From positions 1 through 47,906 of the forward strand of contig JAGCMU010000038.1 of NCBI GenBank assembly GCA_017646325.1: 47,906 nt of DNA, in the 5' to 3' direction. Origin of the DNA: Kiritimatiellia bacterium. GTDB taxonomy: Bacteria; Verrucomicrobiota; Kiritimatiellia; RFP12; UBA1067. Below, in pieces: positions 18,532 through 26,309 of the stretch. Under the pieces are notes generated by a model. The model did no database searches and was not told the DNA's origin. It worked only from the letters and a program-made list of their open reading frames with translations. A program made the position numbers and the translations under genes. Within the stretch, counting starts at the first letter, position 1. Each line of letters opens with the position of its first letter.

Positions 18532-21204
18532 TTACCTTACAATCAACATAAGGCCGACTTCGCCTATTTGAATTGTATGCTCTTTTACTTTAACTGTAAT
18601 ATTGTTATTTCCATCAACACCGGCAACAGGTCCTACACACATACCCGTTGTAGTGACAAGATTGCCCGTTAAAGGTTTTATACCGTTACCAAGCCCTGAA
18701 AATATAAATGTCGTCGCTATTGTATCCCAGTTCGCCGTGCCGTCAATTGCTCCCCACACACCTTTTTCCGTACACTTTACTTCAAATTCTTCTGCCGCTA
18801 ACGTTCCATTATTGACCGTCATCTCTCCTTTTGCGACAACTTTTTCAAGACGTTGCGTTATTCCATTTAAATCAAGAGTCGTCCCATCGGCAAAAGCTAT
18901 AGGGCTTGAAGGATGAAGGGTATTTGAAACGGAGACGGCCTCATCAGCTTCACTCTCCACACCCCATTTCTTCATCAAATAATCCTCAAGGCTCGTCCGC
19001 TCCTCTTTAGTAAGAACCCTATTGAAAAGAATCATTTCCCCTAAGTATCCATGCCAAGCGCGATTGGCTCCAGTCACATTAATCCCGATTTCAGCCGTTG
19101 TTATTATTCCAGATTCACTTGTTGTCATAACAACTACTTGAGGCTTTCCCACATTTGCTGATGGGTGCAGCGTATCTGTTATTCCATTATCATAATCGTA
19201 AATAACCTTCCCGTTGATTGAACAAAAACCATGAGCCTTGTTTTCTCCATATGCGGCTCCATTTTCTAACTCCCAGTATTCAGCCACACCACTAATCCCA
19301 AAGGACGGCGCGTTATTGGCCCATTTCCCAAGAATTGTCGGTCGAGTAGAATAACCACATTCTTCTGTCACCAGTGTAATTGCGACCATTGTTCTAACCG
19401 TTTTTGCAACGTGAAGATTGCACGCCTTAGATGTAAAACCGAATTCTCTTGCACCATTTGCAAAAGCAAAAACGCTCTTGCCGTTAATACCGTCTTCCTT
19501 TAAATAAGGTAAAAGCCATCCGCTTTCCGACCTGGGAGCAACCGAGTTCCCTTCTCTTGTCCAAAAATGCGTGAGAAGATTACTTCCAATCGGCACTTTA
19601 TATGTAGACTCATCAGACGCATCTAAATGAAAAATAACACCAGGTATCGCACGAGGAGAAATCGTCGAGGAGGCTTTTAGTGTTCCCTCTGCAATTTCTA
19701 CTCCGCGTTTATTGACTAAAGATGCACCATTGGCAATTAAAACGCCTTCCCCCTTTTTGACAAAGGCGAGCTCATCAGGCAATTGCATATCTAATACTTG
19801 AGTATCATCAATATCCATCTCTAATTGCGCTATGACGCTTGGGACTGAATTCGTTGCAACAGTAGAGCCTCTTAAGGATGTAAATTTTTGATGGGTTCCT
19901 GCAAAGTCAATTGCAGAAGCTCCGCATAAAATATCGTGAGAGCCAGTAGTCGGACCGTCTGCAATAAAAGAGAGTCTCCCAGGGCCAGCCTTTGTTAACT
20001 TACCATTTGCATTTACTATCGACGGAAGCTTCAACACCCCATACTTGCTTACTAAATTAAAGAGTACTGAGCCTTCGTATGAAAACGTTTGGTTCCCGGA
20101 CAAGTCGCCTGAAAAATCTTCACATCCAAGAATTGCGGAACCGTCCTTTAAGGTAATCGAGCCGTTTAATCCCAATCCACCGCCACCGGAAAGTGTTACT
20201 GCAGAATTTTTCTCTAACGTTATATCTCCTTCAATCGTCAACGTTTTTGCTTTTGCAGTATTATCTGTGACACTTACCTTGCTATTGGCAGGAATGTTTA
20301 CATCGTCTGAATTTGTCGGCACTCCTTCAGGATCCCAATTCGTTCCAACGTTCCATTCGCCATCTGCCGCTTTCCATGTTTTAGAGGTTGTATTATCCAC
20401 CCATTTTTTCATAAGATACGTTTCAACTTTTACGCGTTCATACGGCGTGAGTTGTCTATCAAAAACTACAACCTCTCCAATTGGCCCGTGCCAGGCATAT
20501 TGCTTGGTTCTAGATCCATGCCCTACAGACATTCGTCCTTCCCATGGTGTTTTACGAATAGATGTAACGACATGAATGACATTTGCCCCTGGCGTCGCAT
20601 AAACACTATCTGAGGCACCTAAACCATTGTCATAATCATACCACTTCTTTCCGTTAAGCCATCCATTCCCACCAAAACCATTCTTAATCCATCTTATATA
20701 TTTATATTGAGCATCACGGCTCATACCGTAATCAACCCCACCGTATTGGCGCAAACCATACGCAACACCTTGAGCTGTAAGTAATTCAGCCTCTGCAGGA
20801 ATTGCCGCGACTATGAAAATCGTTTGCGACTTTATTGTCGTATTGTTTGGCGTTGATAACCCCGTGTACGATACAGCCCCTTCTGCATTTTCTCCAAAGA
20901 GGATGATGTTTTTAGGTGTCGCGCCTTCTTTTGTAACATACCCTTCCTTGTAAAAAGGCTGTGCATACGATGTATCAATTACAAAATTTATTCCGTTTTC
21001 AGCACGGTTTATCCAATTTGTAACTTGACCCATCTCATTCAACATCACATTATTTTTGTCGCTCGCGTCAAGCCAAACAGTAAGTCCGTCTATTATCGGT
21101 AAAGTTTCTTGAGCATGGAGAATTCCGCTTAAGAAAATAACACAAGTATTAACAATAATTTTCTTTTTCACATTTAGAATTCTCATACTCAAATCTCCTT
21201 TCAC
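18532..21204 (-). CDS. Secreted LamG - autotransporter-associated beta-strand (PATR) repeat - LamG protein
   Basis: Two LamG-like units each end ...GEVVVFDRQLTPYERVKVETYLMKKW and ...GEMILFNRVLTKEERTSLEDYLMKKW. A PATR-like segment NWDPEGVPTNSDDVNIPANSKVSV... lies between them. The start could instead be the ATG at 21186, after AAAGGAGA. Confidence 0.75.
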   Translation of the reverse strand: MKGDLSMRILNVKKKIIVNTCVIFLSGILHAQETLPIIDGLTVWLDASDKNNVMLNEMGQVTNWINRAENGINFVIDTSYAQPFYKEGYVTKEGATPKNIILFGENAEGAVSYTGLSTPNNTTIKSQTIFIVAAIPAEAELLTAQGVAYGLRQYGGVDYGMSRDAQYKYIRWIKNGFGGNGWLNGKKWYDYDNGLGASDSVYATPGANVIHVVTSIRKTPWEGRMSVGHGSRTKQYAWHGPIGEVVVFDRQLTPYERVKVETYLMKKWVDNTTSKTWKAADGEWNVGTNWDPEGVPTNSDDVNIPANSKVSVTDNTAKAKTLTIEGDITLEKNSAVTLSGGGGLGLNGSITLKDGSAILGCEDFSGDLSGNQTFSYEGSVLFNLVSKYGVLKLPSIVNANGKLTKAGPGRLSFIADGPTTGSHDILCGASAIDFAGTHQKFTSLRGSTVATNSVPSVIAQLEMDIDDTQVLDMQLPDELAFVKKGEGVLIANGASLVNKRGVEIAEGTLKASSTISPRAIPGVIFHLDASDESTYKVPIGSNLLTHFWTREGNSVAPRSESGWLLPYLKEDGINGKSVFAFANGAREFGFTSKACNLHVAKTVRTMVAITLVTEECGYSTRPTILGKWANNAPSFGISGVAEYWELENGAAYGENKAHGFCSINGKVIYDYDNGITDTLHPSANVGKPQVVVMTTSESGIITTAEIGINVTGANRAWHGYLGEMILFNRVLTKEERTSLEDYLMKKWGVESEADEAVSVSNTLHPSSPIAFADGTTLDLNGITQRLEKVVAKGEMTVNNGTLAAEEFEVKCTEKGVWGAIDGTANWDTIATTFIFSGLGNGIKPLTGNLVTTTGMCVGPVAGVDGNNNITVKVKEHTIQIGEVGLMLIVR

Positions 21205-21239
21205 TATATTACGAATTTATTAGAACAATTTATTTTTAT

Positions 21240-24002
21240 TTACCTTACAATCAATAAAAGTCCATCGCCAATGTAACAAACATTGCCAACATTGTAGCGG
21301 TAGCGGACCTTTGTACTGTCTGGAACGTCTACAGATTTAAATGTGCCTGTAAGTACGCCTGTTGTACTGAGAATTGTACCCTTCTTTGGACGGGCGTTAT
21401 TCATGATAAAATCTATTCCCGTTAAATCAAAATCGCAAGAAAGATACAATGGAGGAATGTTGCCTTCGTCGTCAACGACAGTTTCAAGAGTTTCAGAAAT
21501 CGCAAAAACGCCATTCTTGATCGCACCGCCTTCAGACTTGACGTGATCAACCTTTTGCGTCGCGCCATTCAAATCAATCTCCGCATCGGCTTTAAGAGAA
21601 ATTTTACTTTCAGGCGAAAGAGGGTCGCTCATTTTCGGCATTTCCACAGCCGGTGTAATACCCCACTTATCCATCAAATGTACTTCAAGCGCCTGACGCT
21701 CCGACGTCGTAAGAGGTCTATCATAAATAAGGATTTCAGAAAATACGCCAGCCCAAACACCGCCGCCCTCATATTTACCAAGCCAGACCTGGTAAATATC
21801 ACCTTTGTGATTCAGATTGGCAGAATTATTATTACCAGGACTTTGATTATGCCAGGACGAAGGACATGTCATCACAACGAGCTGACATTGATCCTTAAAA
21901 CTATATCCAGGTGAAGATATCTTCAATTGCTCATACCCGTTCCCAACCTCAACAGCATTTGTAATTCCTCCAACAGGGTCATACACCACCTTGCCGTTTA
22001 TAGACGAAAAACCGTCTCCATGTTCAAATTCTGTTCCAACCTGCTCCGTCACATAATAGTCATAATAATACGCAGTATCAAAGTTTACGCCAATTCCAAA
22101 GAATCCACCATTCTCATAATACTTCCAAGGAGATACTATTCTACGATAACCTAAAGCAAGAGATCTGTTCGTAGTTTTTATGCTGGACGTCCCCATAACA
22201 GCAACAATCGTACGATTCGTCAAGGTTACAGTACTCTTCAACCAGTTAGTAGCTGTATAAAGATAAGCGGCGTTAGAAAACCCTACGCCTGGTTTACCGC
22301 CATACATCATCGTGCTTGAATACTTTGGTGGGATAATCTGCGCCTCAAACCTATTATCTAAGTTTGGTTCTTGAAAGTAAAAGGCTCGATTATCCCCTAC
22401 TCCGATTGACTGCCATCTCAAAACCTGCCCCTCTTCATTTGTGACGAGCGTCTCCGGGCGACTTGCATCAACGTGCATTACAAGGCCTTTTATCGATTCT
22501 GGAGCAAAACCTTCCCCTGCCGTCAGCTTTACGCCATTGAGAATCGTATCGCCCTCATATCGCTGCATATTGGCGAACTTAACATCTCCGCCTTCGCGCT
22601 CAAGAGACACATTCCCAAGCAAACTTACCCCTATCGTTTTTTCTGTATCCCCGATAATTTTTACCGTCGCTTTTTCTTGAGATGAATTCATTACTATCCC
22701 GGTACCGTCACCCGTTAAATCCGTCAACGCTACATCACATCCATTTAAATCTACATACCCACGATCAACACGCATTTTACCGCCCGTTATCGCACCATCG
22801 TGTTGAATTTTAAATATTCCCATTCCAATTTTGGATAGCACTCCTCCATCGAGAACGAAGGACGCTCCTTTACCGGCAAACGAGGTAAATGTTTCTGATT
22901 TGTTTACCTGAAGTTCGGCGTCTTTCTTAACAGTAAAAACCGTATTTCCCGTTGCTCTCAAAGTATTAGTGATTGAAAAGGTAACTCCATCAAGAACAGT
23001 TATATTTGCATCTGAAACTTCCAAATTGCAACAAGCAACGTCACTGCGCACGGTCACGGTTTTTCCATTAATTTCAGCAAGTTGTCCATCTCCTGGAACT
23101 ACTCCACCCTTCCAGTTGTTCGCATCATCCCAGTTGACACCATCTCCACCGCCAGTCCAAAGAACAGATTTGCCGGCATTGGTACTCCATTTTAATTTCA
23201 ACATGGATTGCATATATTTTGCTTCTTCGTCCGTCAAGAGGCGATCATATACGATAATCTGCGAAATGGTACCTTTGGCGTAATTATTTGTTCCTTTCCC
23301 ATCATTATGATTGCTCGTTGTTCCCTCGACATTACTATAAGAATAAAACGTTCTGCCGAGAGATGCCTTATTATAAATACGATCACTGTCTGACACGGCA
23401 AATATCCGAGGGTATTCACAACCAGTAAAGTAAGTTTCTTTATATCCCTTAACCACTTCATTACACTCTATCGTATCAGTACCTGAAAGAAAGCCGACAC
23501 GTTCAAGACGTTTACTTACTCCCCATACAGAATGGAGTTTCGTTCCGTCCGCACCCCAAATATGCGCATTTGAATTATTTACACCTAAATGATTCCAAAC
23601 AAGAAATACAGTTCTATTTGTTAACGGCATTCCGTTTTTAGGGGTTCCCACCATCCAACTTGACCACATACGCGTGTGATCCTGTGAAAGCCCAAAACGA
23701 ATCGTCCCCATTCCGCTATAACTACTATTACCCTCGGTAACATATTGCGGATAATATAATTTCTCTACCCCGTCATTAACAATCGAGCCGCCTCTAAAGA
23801 CCATATCGGCCATACCTTCTTTTGCACGCCACTCAACAACATTGCCAAGCTCGTTCGTGGTAATCGTACTCAAATCAGATGCGTCAAGGTTGTAAACAAG
23901 ACCTTCCTTAATCGTAGCAAGCTCGGCAAAAGCACTCAAAGAAATCAAAGCTAAAGAGGTTCCTAAAATACTTCTTTTCATCATCTCATCTTTTCCTTTC
24001 AT
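21240..24002 (-). CDS. Secreted LamG - PATR repeat - LamG protein, a diverged paralogue of the 890-aa protein
   Basis: Same layout as the 890-aa protein (…IIVYDRLLTDEEAKYMQSMLKLKW, NWDDANNWKGGVVPGDGQLAEINGKTV, …ILIYDRPLTTSERQALEVHLMDKW). The ATG at 24002 overlaps the upstream stop (ATGA). An alternative ATG lies at 23984. Confidence 0.75.
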   Translation of the reverse strand: MKGKDEMMKRSILGTSLALISLSAFAELATIKEGLVYNLDASDLSTITTNELGNVVEWRAKEGMADMVFRGGSIVNDGVEKLYYPQYVTEGNSSYSGMGTIRFGLSQDHTRMWSSWMVGTPKNGMPLTNRTVFLVWNHLGVNNSNAHIWGADGTKLHSVWGVSKRLERVGFLSGTDTIECNEVVKGYKETYFTGCEYPRIFAVSDSDRIYNKASLGRTFYSYSNVEGTTSNHNDGKGTNNYAKGTISQIIVYDRLLTDEEAKYMQSMLKLKWSTNAGKSVLWTGGGDGVNWDDANNWKGGVVPGDGQLAEINGKTVTVRSDVACCNLEVSDANITVLDGVTFSITNTLRATGNTVFTVKKDAELQVNKSETFTSFAGKGASFVLDGGVLSKIGMGIFKIQHDGAITGGKMRVDRGYVDLNGCDVALTDLTGDGTGIVMNSSQEKATVKIIGDTEKTIGVSLLGNVSLEREGGDVKFANMQRYEGDTILNGVKLTAGEGFAPESIKGLVMHVDASRPETLVTNEEGQVLRWQSIGVGDNRAFYFQEPNLDNRFEAQIIPPKYSSTMMYGGKPGVGFSNAAYLYTATNWLKSTVTLTNRTIVAVMGTSSIKTTNRSLALGYRRIVSPWKYYENGGFFGIGVNFDTAYYYDYYVTEQVGTEFEHGDGFSSINGKVVYDPVGGITNAVEVGNGYEQLKISSPGYSFKDQCQLVVMTCPSSWHNQSPGNNNSANLNHKGDIYQVWLGKYEGGGVWAGVFSEILIYDRPLTTSERQALEVHLMDKWGITPAVEMPKMSDPLSPESKISLKADAEIDLNGATQKVDHVKSEGGAIKNGVFAISETLETVVDDEGNIPPLYLSCDFDLTGIDFIMNNARPKKGTILSTTGVLTGTFKSVDVPDSTKVRYRYNVGNVCYIGDGLLLIVR

Positions 24003-25546
24003 CGTTTAAGTTCGATTTCAATCTTCCCCGTCAGAGGATTGAATGTTGTTATAGTCTTTTTGTGAATCGTTTTAAAAATTGGATTTTTAATCTCAATAGG
24101 ATACACTTGATCTGAAACCACCTCGCCGCCAGAAGCCTTGAAATTTTCTATTTCGTTTGCAATTTCTTTCGGCACTCTGCCATCAAGCAAAACGAGCCGC
24201 TTAACATTACTCTTTTTAAGGAATCCGTCTTTAACCATTATCGAATCACAAATCGCATAATCTGTTGATGCGCGGATTTTCTCCGCTTTTTTACGCATAT
24301 TTCTTACAAAAGCACTTGCCGCAATACAGTCAGATGGGTCAGACCCAGAAAGGCGAGCTTCCTCGTCATCAGGCCACAATAGCGCTACGTCCGTTTCCGG
24401 AATATCGTAATGCGGCGTTCTCATCATCTTATTAATATCATCATCTGCCTTAAGAATATTCCCAAAGTCATTATGCAGCATCGTTGATCCATTGGCGATC
24501 GTTTCATATAAAGCCGTCGGTGCGATTTCTCGATCTATAAACCACGCAGCCTCCTCTCCGAAGCGGCAGCCATAAAAATGTGCCGCCGAGGAAATTCTTC
24601 TCGCAGGAACATTTCCTGCGGCAAAACCACGCACAAAACCCATTCCGCTCCAGCGTGCCGTAAAATCGGGATTGACCTTGCACATTTTCTTAATCACGAG
24701 CGTTCGACACTGACCATGCGGAAAATCTGCGAAGTGTCCTAACGGAACACCAAAACGAGCCTTCGGGAAATGGCGGCGTGTTATACGATATACTTCGGCG
24801 ATGTAAGTTGAAGTCGTTTCTGCAATAAACCGTGCGTAGGCGAGAGCCGTATCACCATCAACTTCTTGTGCTAAAACTTTTTCAATCGGAACGCTTGAAA
24901 TCTTTGCCCACGCCTCACGAGCATATTTGTCCCCTGTCCAAGCAATCCCCCCATGTGTATGAGGCGGGCTGAATTTGTAGTAATTCACACCTTGCGGACA
25001 AACCGGCTCGCCAAAATCCCCTGAACCAGTTACGTAAATAAAGTCAATCCGCTCACCATAACGTTTAGCGACCTCACCATAGAGACGGTCAATTTGTTGA
25101 AGCGTTTTACTGTCCCATGGAGAGAGCGTTCCTCCATCGTGAACGTGTTCTGCACAGCTAAACAATTCACCACGATACCATTTTGGAGGATAATTAAACC
25201 ATGCCATCAAGCCAACTTTTAAACCCGCCGCCTCAACACGACGAAGCTCGCGATCAAATCGGGAAAAATCAAACACCCCACGCTCCTTTTCGATTTCTTC
25301 CCAAGTGAGGCGAAGCTCAACAGTATCAACACCCTGCCCCTTCAAGGCTGCAAGATTTTCTCTTTGCGTTACAGAACAAAGTTTATTCGTATGAAAACAT
25401 ATACGCCCCGCGCGCGAATGAAGGTGAAGATGCTCGGCAGGGATATGCCGAGTATGGTAATGAAAATCAATAGCACTCACACATGGCGCTACCAATAGCG
25501 CCAGAGCAATAAAAAATGTCTCAAATATGTTCCTACAATACACCAT
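23999..25546 (-). CDS. Secreted TIM-barrel glycoside-hydrolase-like protein (GH42/GH14-like); first gene of the locus
   Basis: 515-aa ORF with a hydrophobic N-terminus FFIALALLVAPCVSA. The block GVDTVELRLTWEEIEKERGVFDFSRFDRELRRVEAAGLKVGLMAWFNYPPKW resembles the N-terminal strands of GH42-type barrels. Confidence 0.55.
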   Translation of the reverse strand: MVYCRNIFETFFIALALLVAPCVSAIDFHYHTRHIPAEHLHLHSRAGRICFHTNKLCSVTQRENLAALKGQGVDTVELRLTWEEIEKERGVFDFSRFDRELRRVEAAGLKVGLMAWFNYPPKWYRGELFSCAEHVHDGGTLSPWDSKTLQQIDRLYGEVAKRYGERIDFIYVTGSGDFGEPVCPQGVNYYKFSPPHTHGGIAWTGDKYAREAWAKISSVPIEKVLAQEVDGDTALAYARFIAETTSTYIAEVYRITRRHFPKARFGVPLGHFADFPHGQCRTLVIKKMCKVNPDFTARWSGMGFVRGFAAGNVPARRISSAAHFYGCRFGEEAAWFIDREIAPTALYETIANGSTMLHNDFGNILKADDDINKMMRTPHYDIPETDVALLWPDDEEARLSGSDPSDCIAASAFVRNMRKKAEKIRASTDYAICDSIMVKDGFLKKSNVKRLVLLDGRVPKEIANEIENFKASGGEVVSDQVYPIEIKNPIFKTIHKKTITTFNPLTGKIEIELKR

Positions 25547-25579
25547 CTACCTATACCCATCCTAACTTTTATATCGCTC

Positions 25580-25609
25580 ATAATAACACAAATAGATATT
25601 ATGTGTCAA
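25580..25609 (-). promoter_or_regulatory. Sigma70-like promoter for the giant locus (TTGACA-18-TATTAT, preceded by TGt)
   Basis: On the minus strand, TTGACA lies at 25609-25604 and TATTAT at 25585-25580. This is about 35 nt upstream of the ATG at 25546 and downstream of the tRNA-Cys terminator. Confidence 0.4.
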
Positions 25610-25652
25610 CAAGCACCACAAAAAGAACGAGAAATGAGGAATGGGGAATTTG

Positions 25653-25687
25653 ATAAAAACACAAAAGACTCCGAAACCGGAGTCTTT
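25653..25687 (-). terminator. Rho-independent terminator after tRNA-Cys
   Basis: Stem AAAGACTCCG/CGGAGTCTTT at 25664-25687 with a 4-nt loop. On the minus strand it is followed by UGUGUUUUUAU. Confidence 0.7.
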
Positions 25688-25697
25688 GCTAGTTAAA

Positions 25698-25771
25698 TGG
25701 AGGTGGGAAGCGGAGTTGAACCGCTGTAGGCGGATTTGCAGTCCGCAACCTAACCGCTCGGCCATCCCACC
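25698..25771 (-). tRNA. tRNA-Cys (anticodon GCA), CCA encoded
   Basis: The reverse complement is GGTGGGATGGCCGAGCGGTTAGGTTGCGGACTGCAAATCCGCCTACAGCGGTTCAACTCCGCTTCCCACCTCCA. It has a 7-bp acceptor stem, anticodon stem GCGGA/TCCGC with loop CTGCAAA, a TPsiC loop TTCAACT and discriminator U. Confidence 0.9.
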
Positions 25772-25795
25772 GAAAGTCTTTTTTTGACTAAAGGC

Positions 25796-25891
25796 TTACG
25801 CCTTTTTCGCCGCGAGTTGCTTTTCAGTAATGCGTTTGTTGCGCGCTTTTCTTCTAGCAATCTTGGCACGTTTTCTTAATTGTTGTCCCAT
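25796..25891 (-). CDS. Possible 31-aa highly basic small protein, below the track's size cutoff, lying in the tRNA-Cys leader
   Basis: Hand translation gives MGQQLRKRAKIARRKARNKRITEKQLAAKKA*. There is no SD. The ATG sits about 8 nt after a predicted -10 box, so any translation would be leaderless. It could equally be non-coding leader RNA. Confidence 0.3.
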   Translation of the reverse strand: MGQQLRKRAKIARRKARNKRITEKQLAAKKA

Positions 25892-25899
25892 GGTCAAAA

Positions 25900-25928
25900 A
25901 GTATATCAAAAAACTCGGCTCAATGCAA
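25900..25928 (-). promoter_or_regulatory. Strong sigma70-like promoter (TTGCAT-17-TGaTATACT) driving the small ORF and tRNA-Cys
   Basis: On the minus strand, TTGCAT lies at 25928-25923, followed by a 17-nt spacer and an extended -10 TGATATACT ending at 25900. The architecture matches the promoter upstream of tRNA-Leu. Confidence 0.5.
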
Positions 25929-25953
25929 CACCAAATTTATCTTTTATTTCAAC

Positions 25954-26216
25954 GGGGCGCATCTGCGTAATTCACCGCAGAGTCTTCCGATTTTTGAAAA
26001 CAACTAATTGAAACAACTTACCTTTGGCGCACGGGCTAACTCGCCCGTGCCTACTTTTCTCGTTGCCGAAGGCAATTATATCAAAAATTGAAGGTCACAC
26101 TGAAGCAGAAAGAGCGCGGGCGCGTTAGCCCGCGCACCTCTTAAAAGTTGTTTTTACAAGTTGTTCCGGTTGTTTCTACTTTCAAAACGCATGGTTGAAA
26201 AATGCAGATGCGCCCC
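25954..26216. repeat. 263-bp composite imperfect palindrome (two ~100-bp inverted arms) in the divergent intergenic region
   Basis: Perfect 13-bp termini GGGGCGCATCTGC (25954-25966) and GCAGATGCGCCCC (26204-26216). Each arm also holds (G)AAACAACTT motifs and a GC hairpin: GCACGGGC-taactc-GCCCGTGC at 26029-26050 and GCGCGGGC-gcgtta-GCCCGCGC at 26114-26135. Confidence 0.8.
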
Positions 26217-26229
26217 ATAAAAAATACAG

Positions 26230-26271
26230 TTGAAAAATGAGTAGGTTGATTTTAAAATATTATGATATAAT
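26230..26271 (+). promoter_or_regulatory. Promoter region for uxuA fusion gene, with two overlapping candidates
   Basis: TTGAAA (26230-26235), 17 nt, TAAAAT (26253-26258); and an extended -10 TGATATAAT at 26263-26271. The SD AAGGAG at 26298-26303 precedes the ATG at 26310. Confidence 0.45.
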
Positions 26272-26309
26272 CTTTTTTATCTTGATTAACTAACTATAAG
26301 GAGAAAATC

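Noticed and set aside
25562-25765. 67-aa minus-strand ORF
   Set aside because: It overlaps tRNA-Cys, its terminator hairpin and the predicted promoter of the giant locus. It is not a credible coding sequence.
25954-26216. Reading the 263-bp palindrome as a riboswitch or leader for uxuA, or as an IS element
   Set aside because: It lies upstream of the predicted uxuA promoter rather than in the 5'UTR, has no ORF and shows no detectable target-site duplication. It is kept as an unexplained structured repeat instead.
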